56,474 bases of DNA from a virus (lineage: Duplodnaviria > Caudoviricetes). Both the position numbers and the translations under genes were made by a program. The stretch lies in IMG/VR virus record IMGVR_UViG_3300006737_000004, positions 1 to 56,474 of that record. One strand, given 5' to 3'. Below the pieces are notes generated by a model. That model was not told the DNA's origin and searched no databases. It worked only from the letters and a program-made list of their open reading frames with translations. Below are positions 17,994 to 24,601 of this stretch, in pieces. Position 1 is the stretch's first letter. Every line of letters starts with the position of its first letter.

Positions 17994-18803
17994 TGACTAT
18001 GACGGATAGGTTTCCTATACTAAAGGATAGGTGCTTATTTTTTTTAATAATAGCTCGCGCGAGAAAATCCGACTCTGAAAACCAAAACAATTTTTGACCG
18101 TTTGGTAAAATATAAAAAAGAGTATATACCAAAGGATAGTCAAGTGCTATTTAGTATCTAGTTGGAGTCGAGTTTTCCAAACGGATATAAATGTTCTCAG
18201 TCAAGAGAAATAAAGTATAGAATGTTCCAAGAATGTTCTAAATTGTCCAGTGTTTGTTTACTGTTTGTTCTCTGCTATTTTTTTAGGTCAGTAGTGCTTA
18301 CCTAGATAAGTCATTGATTTCATTAGAAAAGATTTGGACAAGACGGAACAAATAGGGGGAAAGGTTTTTTAGGTAGGGTAGCGACCAAAAACAGGTTTCG
18401 GCGCTGTACGGGCTTAAAATCGGGGTCTAGTATAGGTGAGGGATAGGTCTGCTATACTTATTATCCCGTCAACTATCCAGAGGTATAGGTTCTAAACTAT
18501 TTGGTATAGGATTATACTAATGGATAGCCAGTGTATCCCAAAGGATAGGTGATGTGACCATAAGATTAGGGGGGTGGTGTCTATATATAATGAGTTATCC
18601 GAAAGGGGTGCTTCACTACTACGAACGGATATGTGATCACAAATTGGTATAGCTTTGGTCTATACTAATGGATAGGGGCAATGTCTTATTGTATATATAC
18701 GCTAGTAATAACAGGTAGTTAGCTAATAATAAAGAGTATGTCGGCTATACGAAGGGATAGGAAGGCTATACTTAGGGGGGGCATGAGCCATACGGGGGTA
18801 TAG
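17994..18803. repeat. Array of CTAT[AC]C-N4-G[GT]ATAG imperfect palindromes
   Basis: Good copies start at 18015, 18124, 18473, 18512, 18533, 18660, 18745 and 18788, with further degenerate copies. Confidence 0.8.
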
Positions 18804-19116
18804 GGTAGCGTATACACCCATTATGACAGAGATGGGGAAATTCAAGTCGTTAACCACAGCAGTAATTACCCATGTTTTCCCATATAATCCCTACTATTAT
18901 CAAATAAATCAGAATAATAGGCTACTTCTGTTAAAGGAGCTGTAGGAGGGGCTACAGTAACCTAACTTCTGTAGGCTACCTGGGGCTATAAAAGTTCTTT
19001 CACCCTATTCCTGGAGCTTCTGAGGGAGTCTCAGGGGTATTTCTACCTGTTATCCTAAATTTTAAGGGCGTCTTTTGTATCTTCTCTATAAAATTACAAA
19101 TAATAGAAATAAATAC

Positions 19117-19144
19117 TTGACAAGAGGGGGTACTTTAGTATAAC
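19117..19144 (+). promoter_or_regulatory. Sigma70-type promoter of the late arm
   Basis: TTGACA-N16-TATAAC with an AT-rich upstream tract. Confidence 0.6.
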
Positions 19145-19152
19145 ATAAGTAT

Positions 19153-19223
19153 ATACTTAAGTATCCTTAAGGATTTTATTATTCTTTTATATTATTATTA
19201 GTACTTAAGTAGTACTTAAGTAT
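19153..19223. repeat. Three TACTTAAGTA palindromes plus a TCCTTAAGGA variant in an AT-rich tract
   Basis: Copies at 19154-19163, 19202-19211 and 19213-19222; variant at 19164-19173. Confidence 0.75.
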
Positions 19224-19283
19224 TATAGCACTTTGTCACTTTTAAGATGTACAAATTTTTTTTGTCGTCCCCTTTGAAAAGGG

Positions 19284-19312
19284 TTGACTTTATGGTTACT
19301 ATGGAGTATAAC
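19284..19312 (+). promoter_or_regulatory. Sigma70-type promoter, probably giving a leaderless or near-leaderless mRNA
   Basis: TTGACT-N17-TATAAC with ATG at 19317. Confidence 0.6.
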
Positions 19313-19316
19313 TAGC

Positions 19317-19580
19317 ATGTCTAAACCAAAAATGTATTCTTCAGACAGAGTTCTGGAAGAATTCTATAGTGCACTAGCAAGTGAAGACGAAGGTAGACTT
19401 CGCAGAGTGCACATACCAAGATCAGATGTATTTTATGTAAGAGAAAAAATATATCAAGATACAGGCATCAAGTACACTTTAGATCACGTAGAGAGAGCTA
19501 TGTATCTAGAAGGAATGCTTGAGGCCCGTGATGTATTTGAACCTCATAGAAAGAGAAATTATGGCTCACACGATAATTGA
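19317..19580 (+). CDS. Conserved hypothetical protein, first gene of the late arm
   Basis: VLEEFY.AL...HIPRSDVFYVR...Y.LD.VERAMYLEGM; ATG at 19317 preferred over the track's TTG, which is the -35 box. Confidence 0.75.
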   Translation: MSKPKMYSSDRVLEEFYSALASEDEGRLRRVHIPRSDVFYVREKIYQDTGIKYTLDHVERAMYLEGMLEARDVFEPHRKRNYGSHDN

Positions 19581-19764
19581 TGACTACAAAATATTCCCAC
19601 GACTGATGATGTTCGTGGTTACACTACTTACGTACCAATCTGTACACTGGTATATGTCTTTACCTGATCCCACTACTGGACAGGCTGGACTTGTATCTGT
19701 ATGCATGGGTGCACTAACAGGTTGCTTCGGTATCTGGATGAACAAAGAAGCAAAGAACAACTAA
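19561..19764 (+). CDS. Small two-TM membrane protein (holin/antiholin-like)
   Basis: IFPRLMM..., WYMSL.DPT..QAGLVSV..GA.TG.FGIW. Confidence 0.7.
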   Translation: MAHTIIDDYKIFPRLMMFVVTLLTYQSVHWYMSLPDPTTGQAGLVSVCMGALTGCFGIWMNKEAKNN

Positions 19765-19775
19765 GGAAACAAACA

Positions 19776-20132
19776 ATGAAAACTTTAATCGCAGCAACTA
19801 CCCTATCTCTACTTGCAACTGCAGCCACTTCAGCAGATCTCTTTGGAGGACTGTCTGTAGATACAGAAACAGATGTGAGCTACACAACTGGTGTAGAGAC
19901 ATGGGCAGCAAACTTTACTCCTTCTGTAGGTTGGGGTATGTTTGGTCTTGATATGAGCATGGCTACTACTGTAGATCTCATGGGACTGGACGAAGATGAA
20001 ATCTTTAAGGGGTTAGATTTTAAAGCGGAGTATGAACTCCTAAGTACAGGCATTATGACCTACGGCAAAGTATCTTCAGATGCAGACTTTAACTTTGGTA
20101 ATGTAACTGTTGGTGCTAAACTATCTTTCTAA
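19776..20132 (+). CDS. Secreted, outer-membrane beta-barrel-like protein
   Basis: Signal peptide MKTLIAATTLSLLATAATSA, alternating amphipathic strands, C-terminal VTVGAKLSF. Confidence 0.65.
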   Translation: MKTLIAATTLSLLATAATSADLFGGLSVDTETDVSYTTGVETWAANFTPSVGWGMFGLDMSMATTVDLMGLDEDEIFKGLDFKAEYELLSTGIMTYGKVSSDADFNFGNVTVGAKLSF

Positions 20133-20145
20133 GAGGTAAAGCAAA

Positions 20146-20532
20146 ATGATACAAGCATTCATAGGACCAATATCAAGTTTAGTAGGAACGTGGCTCAACG
20201 GTAAAGTTGAAACAAAGGCTGCAGAAACTAAAGCAAAGGTTGCCAAAGCTGAAGCTGAAGCACAGATTATGCTCAGTCGGGCTACAAGTGAAGCTGATTG
20301 GGAAAAGATTATGGCTCAAGGTAGCCAGAACTCTTGGAAAGACGAGTGGCTAACTATTTTATTTTCGATCCCTCTAATCCTAGTCTTCGTTGGAGATTTT
20401 GGTAGGGAGATTGTAGCTAATGGATTTGTGGCTTTGGAGACAATGCCTGAGTGGTATCAGTATACCTTGGGCGTAATTGTAGCTGCCTCCTTTGGAGTAC
20501 GTTCAGCTACTAAGTTTTTTGGAAAGAAATAA
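20146..20532 (+). CDS. Holin-like protein (3TM, GTA-holin-like)
   Basis: SWKDEW.T..FSIPL.L.F...GF.AL..MPEWYQY.L...V.ASFG.R; close to the endolysin. Confidence 0.75.
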   Translation: MIQAFIGPISSLVGTWLNGKVETKAAETKAKVAKAEAEAQIMLSRATSEADWEKIMAQGSQNSWKDEWLTILFSIPLILVFVGDFGREIVANGFVALETMPEWYQYTLGVIVAASFGVRSATKFFGKK

Positions 20533-20533
20533 G

Positions 20534-20905
20534 ATGCCAGGACCAGCAGCACCATTAGTATACGCAATACTTTCTTATGTAGCTAAAGAAGGTTTGAAAG
20601 CAGCAGTAAAAAAATACGGACCTAAAGAAGTAAAGAAGGCTCAAAAATTAGTAACAAAGTATAAAAAAACTTTAGATGCTGAAGATCAAGCTGCTGATTA
20701 TAACTATAGAAGTAATAAAGCTAGAGTTACGAGATCTAACAATTCTTTAAATAAAGAAATAACAGATATCCTTGGTCCTGACGCTAGTTCAAAAGATAAA
20801 ATTAATATAAGAACTTTGCTACAAAATACATCAGATAAATTTAATAAGGGCGGTCTAGTTAAAAAGGGACATACTGACCACAGAAAAAAAGGAATGTTTA
20901 GGTAA
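20534..20905 (+). CDS. Basic protein ending in FNKGG plus basic tail
   Basis: ATG at 20534; Lys-rich; C-terminus DKFNKGGLVKKGHTDHRKKGMFR. Confidence 0.7.
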   Translation: MPGPAAPLVYAILSYVAKEGLKAAVKKYGPKEVKKAQKLVTKYKKTLDAEDQAADYNYRSNKARVTRSNNSLNKEITDILGPDASSKDKINIRTLLQNTSDKFNKGGLVKKGHTDHRKKGMFR

Positions 20906-21357
20906 TGGCTTTTAAACTCAGTGCAAGAAGTATTAAGAAACTTGAAGGTGTAGAGAAAGACCTAGTAGCAGTTGTTATGGATGCTATTAAGTTGACTAAG
21001 GTAGACTTTGGAGTTACGTATGGTGTACGAACTCTTGCTGAACAGGAGAAGTTATACGCATCTGGTAGATCACAGACTATGAAAAGTAAACACCTAGATG
21101 GTAGAGCAGTAGACCTAGTTGCATACTTTGGCTCAGACATCTCGTGGGAACTAAATGTATATGATGACATCTGTGATGCAATGGCTGAAGCAGCTAGACG
21201 TAACAGTGTAGCAATCAAGTGGGGAGCAGCTTGGTCCGAAGGAGATATCCGAATGTATCAAGGTAGTGCAGAAGATGCCATGAATGCATATGTAGATCTT
21301 CGTCGTTCCCAAGGTCGTAGACCATTTATTGATGCCCCACACTTTGAAATGATTTGA
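20905..21357 (+). CDS. Endolysin, peptidase M15 family (L-Ala-D-Glu peptidase-like)
   Basis: F.LS.RS...L.GV, G.RT..EQ..L...G.S.TM.SKH..G.AVD, WG..W and D.PHFE. Confidence 0.9.
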   Translation: MAFKLSARSIKKLEGVEKDLVAVVMDAIKLTKVDFGVTYGVRTLAEQEKLYASGRSQTMKSKHLDGRAVDLVAYFGSDISWELNVYDDICDAMAEAARRNSVAIKWGAAWSEGDIRMYQGSAEDAMNAYVDLRRSQGRRPFIDAPHFEMI

Positions 21358-21444
21358 CGGTATAAACCTTTCTATAGTAGTTTATAATAGAAGGTGGGGG
21401 TAAACAGAGAACCGTCCTTGTTCCCCCTACAGATTGGACCTAAC

Positions 21445-21741
21445 ATGGCAATACCTGAACGAGTTAAAACTAAGATGAAGTCTGCAGGACTGAAGTCAGT
21501 GAATAAACCACAACGACTAAGTGATGGTAGTGGTAAGTCTCATCATGTTATGGCTAGTGAAGGTGGTAAGTATAAGTATATTAAGTTCGGTGAAAAAGGT
21601 GCATCTACTGCAGGTAAACCTAAAGCTGGCGAGTCTGACAGAATGAAAAAGAAACGTGCAAGTTTTAAAGCCCGTCATGCTAAGAATATTAAAAAGGGTA
21701 AAATGTCAGCAGCTTATTGGGCAAATAAAGTAAAATGGTAA
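21445..21741 (+). CDS. Small Lys-rich conserved phage protein
   Basis: NKP.R...KSH.V.A......I.FG..G...R.SFKARHA......MSAAYWA.KVKW; ATG at 21445. Confidence 0.75.
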   Translation: MAIPERVKTKMKSAGLKSVNKPQRLSDGSGKSHHVMASEGGKYKYIKFGEKGASTAGKPKAGESDRMKKKRASFKARHAKNIKKGKMSAAYWANKVKW

Positions 21742-21953
21742 GTTTGATATCCCACTTCCCTTTACCTGCTATGCCTTTTGATACGCATACAAATATAGTT
21801 TTTGAATCTGGTAAAAGTGAACTGATAAAAGAAACGGCAGCAGCCGTAGACAAAAAGGCAGATAAGTACAGATATGAAAGTGCTTATGCCTATCATCCTT
21901 ATAATAAACAACAACTAAGACAGGGTGAAACCGTAGACTTTGTAGTAGCATAA
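21735..21953 (+). CDS. Hypothetical protein
   Basis: 72-aa ORF overlapping the previous stop; ends GETVDFVVA. Confidence 0.6.
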   Translation: MVSLISHFPLPAMPFDTHTNIVFESGKSELIKETAAAVDKKADKYRYESAYAYHPYNKQQLRQGETVDFVVA

Positions 21954-21964
21954 GGAGAACAATC

Positions 21965-22117
21965 ATGCCTACAGTAGGAAAAAAAGAATACCCTTACACA
22001 AATAAGGGAATGGCTCAAGCAAAAGCTGCAGCCAAGAAATCAGGTAAACCGACGAAGAAAAAATCTGGTTATAACAAAGGTGGCATGGCTAAATGCGGTG
22101 CTTCATATAAAGGGTAA
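21965..22117 (+). CDS. Small Lys-rich protein with YNKGG (50 aa, not in ORF track)
   Basis: Read manually: MPTVGKKEYPYTNKGMAQAKAAAKKSGKPTKKKSGYNKGGMAKCGASYKG; AAGGAG RBS. Confidence 0.8.
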   Translation: MPTVGKKEYPYTNKGMAQAKAAAKKSGKPTKKKSGYNKGGMAKCGASYKG

Positions 22118-22122
22118 AACAA

Positions 22123-22656
22123 ATGGCCATATCACTACGTACATATCTAAACAACAAACTAAAAGAAAAGGGCATGACGGTTGCCCAAGCTAAAAAGAAT
22201 GCGGGTAAATACAAAAGTATTGCTGCAGCTAAAAAAGCAGGAGCACTTTACTACACAGATAAGAACGGTAAAGTAATGGCTGCTGTATATGCAGAAGATC
22301 TTAAAAAGCCTATTCGTCCAAGAGCACGACCAGAACCTAAAGTAGCAAAGACTGCTGCCCAACCTAAAGTAACAACTACCACTATTAATGATGGTAAAGG
22401 TAGGGGTGATGGTACAGTAGAGATGATCAAACGTAGATTAGATCCAAAGTCTCCACAAAACAAACCCAAGCCTAAAGCTAAAGTTAGTTTAAAACGTAAA
22501 GTATTAAATGTAAAAAACCCTTTCCTAAAAAATGATAAGGCTAAAGCATCTAAATGGAAAACTTGGATTAGTAAGAATAAAAGTAAATACGTAAAGGATA
22601 ATGGAAACCTTGATATGAATCAAGCTATGAAAGACTTTAAGAAGTCTATTAAGTAA
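22123..22656 (+). CDS. Lys-rich protein with RPRARP motif
   Basis: 177 aa, very basic; KYKSIAAAKKAG.LYY.DK.GK. Confidence 0.75.
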   Translation: MAISLRTYLNNKLKEKGMTVAQAKKNAGKYKSIAAAKKAGALYYTDKNGKVMAAVYAEDLKKPIRPRARPEPKVAKTAAQPKVTTTTINDGKGRGDGTVEMIKRRLDPKSPQNKPKPKAKVSLKRKVLNVKNPFLKNDKAKASKWKTWISKNKSKYVKDNGNLDMNQAMKDFKKSIK

Positions 22657-23013
22657 ATGCCCATACGTAATGGATCAAAATTTGTAACTCATGCAACTGC
22701 ATTAACGGGTACATCTGACACCGATTGTTATGTTGTACCCAAAAACTTTTCTTCGCATGTAGAACATCTATTAATTACTAATAGTGATAGTAGCAATAGA
22801 AACTACACTATTAAGTTTTATGAAAAAATAACTAACACAACACACACATTATACACAGCACATGCTGTATCAGGTAAAAGTGCTGAGTCAGTATTTACTG
22901 TAGATAAACCATTATTTCTTCATGCAGAGGATAAAATTATTGTTGCTGCAGGTACAGGAAATACTTTAACTGTAGTAGTTGCAGCAGAAGAGTTTTACGA
23001 TCCTAACCGTTAA
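22657..23013 (+). CDS. Small beta-rich structural protein (related to 40993-41337)
   Basis: Y.VP......LITN...L.L..EDKI.V pattern. Confidence 0.65.
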   Translation: MPIRNGSKFVTHATALTGTSDTDCYVVPKNFSSHVEHLLITNSDSSNRNYTIKFYEKITNTTHTLYTAHAVSGKSAESVFTVDKPLFLHAEDKIIVAAGTGNTLTVVVAAEEFYDPNR

Positions 23014-23026
23014 GTGCATAACGGGC

Positions 23027-23055
23027 TTGCAATAATGTCTGTAGTATGGTATAAC
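23027..23055 (+). promoter_or_regulatory. Sigma70-type promoter for the DUF1127 gene and downstream operon
   Basis: TTGCAA-N17-TATAAC(T) with an extended TG. Confidence 0.6.
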
Positions 23056-23120
23056 TAAGTATGATATAACTATCTCCACAAGGGTAAGGAATACTTACCT
23101 AAACATAAAGGAGATAGAAA

Positions 23121-23261
23121 ATGTTTAAACGATTTGTAAAAACAATCCAAAAAAGCCAAGAACGTAAAGTGGCCCTCTGGCAACTGCAGAATATGTCAGA
23201 TAGACAACTACGTGATATAGGAGTATCTCGTGCCGAAATCCAAAGCAAAGTCTACAGTTAA
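23121..23261 (+). CDS. DUF1127 (YjiS-like) small protein (46 aa, not in ORF track)
   Basis: Read manually: MFKRFVKTIQKSQERKVALWQLQNMSDRQLRDIGVSRAEIQSKVYS; L..MSDR.L.DIG.SR.EI signature; AAGGAG RBS. Confidence 0.88.
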   Translation: MFKRFVKTIQKSQERKVALWQLQNMSDRQLRDIGVSRAEIQSKVYS

Positions 23262-23415
23262 TGCGGCAGGAAATTATACTAACCCTGCTATGCGCAAGCG
23301 TCTTGTCTCATCCATTAAATCTGGCGGCAAAGGTGGAAAACCTGGACAGTGGTCGGCTCGTAAAGCACAAATGGTCGCAAAGCAGTATAAAGCAAAAGGT
23401 GGAGGGTATAAATAA
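23230..23415 (+). CDS. Small basic protein (YT.P..R...GGKPGQWSARKAQ family)
   Basis: NYTNPAMRKRL...IK.GGKGGKPGQWSARKAQM.A.QYK.KGGGY. Confidence 0.75.
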   Translation: MPKSKAKSTVNAAGNYTNPAMRKRLVSSIKSGGKGGKPGQWSARKAQMVAKQYKAKGGGYK

Positions 23416-23589
23416 ATGAAGGTTGATGCTCCAAAAGGATATCACTGGATGAGACAACCTAAGGGTGGATTCAAACTTATGAAACACAAAGGTAAGTTTG
23501 TTTCACACAAGGGTGCAAGTTTAAAAGCAGATTTTCCAATACAAAAGGTACACAGTGATGGCTCTAGCAAAAAGTCAAAAAAGTCTTAA
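23416..23589 (+). CDS. Small basic protein (57 aa, not in ORF track)
   Basis: Read manually: MKVDAPKGYHWMRQPKGGFKLMKHKGKFVSHKGASLKADFPIQKVHSDGSSKKSKKS; GGAGG RBS. Confidence 0.75.
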   Translation: MKVDAPKGYHWMRQPKGGFKLMKHKGKFVSHKGASLKADFPIQKVHSDGSSKKSKKS

Positions 23590-23833
23590 GTCTTGGACTA
23601 AACAAAAATGGCGAACTAAAAGTGGCAAGCCTAGTGCTAAAACTGGTGAACGTTATTTACCTGATAAGGCTATTAAGTCTCTTAGCAGCAGTGAGTATGC
23701 CGCTACAACCAGAGCTAAACGAAAAGGCACGAAGGCAGGTAAGCAGCATGTGGCTCAGCCTAAAAACATTGCAAAGAAAACTAGACCCTTTAGAGCCGCC
23801 AAGGGTGGAGTGGTAAGAAAGAAAAAGAAATGA
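23555..23833 (+). CDS. Small basic protein (SL..W.KQ.W.T..G...RYLP family) ending AAKGG plus basic tail
   Basis: SQKSLKSWTKQKWRTKSGK...ERYLP.KA...L...E...T...KR.G...GKQ.V. Confidence 0.75.
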   Translation: MMALAKSQKSLKSWTKQKWRTKSGKPSAKTGERYLPDKAIKSLSSSEYAATTRAKRKGTKAGKQHVAQPKNIAKKTRPFRAAKGGVVRKKKK

Positions 23834-24195
23834 GTCGTAACCTTACAGAAAAACAACAAAAGTTTTTAGATGTACTCTTTGAGGAAGCCCAAGGCAGTCC
23901 AGTCAAAGCCCTTAAGCTTGCTGGATATGCTGAGGGTACATCTTCTACCACGGTTATGAATACTCTGATTGATGAAGTTGCAGAACTGACTAAACGTTTT
24001 ATTGCAACTCGTGGACCACAGGCAGCTTGGTCTATGATGGAGATCATGAGTAATCCTACTAACCTTGGTAATAAAGAAAAGATGGCTGCTGCAAAAGACT
24101 TTCTTGATCGAGCTGGTTTTGCTAAGACTGAAAAGGTTGAAGTTAAGTCAGAAAGTCCACTGTTTATTTTGCCACCAAAGACTGATGAAGACTAA
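23830..24195 (+). CDS. terS: Terminase small subunit
   Basis: LTEKQQKFL...A.KLAGY HTH, AAKD.LDR.G; upstream of TerL. Confidence 0.8.
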   Translation: MSRNLTEKQQKFLDVLFEEAQGSPVKALKLAGYAEGTSSTTVMNTLIDEVAELTKRFIATRGPQAAWSMMEIMSNPTNLGNKEKMAAAKDFLDRAGFAKTEKVEVKSESPLFILPPKTDED

Positions 24196-24601
24196 TAAAA
24201 CTTGGAAGCTACCTGCCCCTGAAATAGTGGGGAACGAAAAAGTTTGGCATCCTGTAATTAGGATAGGTCGAACAGTTCCATTTGGGTACGAAGAAGACCC
24301 TAGTGATCCTGATATCCTACTTCCTGTAGAAGATGAACTAGAACTCTTTGAACAGGCTAAGAAATTTCTAAAGCAGTACAGCTATCGTGATGTAGCCAAC
24401 TGGTTAAGTAATGAATCGGGTAGGTATTTATCCCACGTAGGATTATATAAGAGAGTTAAACTTGAGCACAAACGTAAGAAAGAGGCTGCAAACCAACGCT
24501 ACCTTGCCGAGCGATACAAAACGGCGCTCGCCAAAGCGGAAAAGCTTGAAGAAAAAGTCCGAAGAGGTGGTATCGGCTCAGCCAAAGCCCCCATTAATTG
24601 A
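24185..24601 (+). CDS. Putative DNA-binding protein between the terminase genes
   Basis: R.VPFGY...L.P...EL...SYR.VA.WL....GR..SH.GL resembles a serine-recombinase DNA-binding subdomain; ATG at 24185. Confidence 0.6.
   Translation: MKTNKTWKLPAPEIVGNEKVWHPVIRIGRTVPFGYEEDPSDPDILLPVEDELELFEQAKKFLKQYSYRDVANWLSNESGRYLSHVGLYKRVKLEHKRKKEAANQRYLAERYKTALAKAEKLEEKVRRGGIGSAKAPIN

Noticed and set aside
17994-18803. CRISPR array (given the Cas4-like nuclease)
   Set aside because: Repeats are 16-bp, degenerate and often only ~5 bp apart, with no unique 30-40 bp spacers; the nuclease is a stand-alone replication-module gene and no other cas genes are present
18875-18905. dif-like XerCD site
   Set aside because: ATAAT...TTAT resemblance is weak and the spacing does not fit the 11-6-11 layout
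17455-19316. tRNA or other known RNA gene in the large non-coding region
   Set aside because: No cloverleaf or T-loop/acceptor-stem pattern found by eye; tRNAscan-SE and Infernal would be needed to exclude it fully
19284-19316. N-terminal extension MTLWLLWSITS given by the ORF track
   Set aside because: The TTG start is the -35 hexamer of a promoter; ATG at 19317 is the more plausible start
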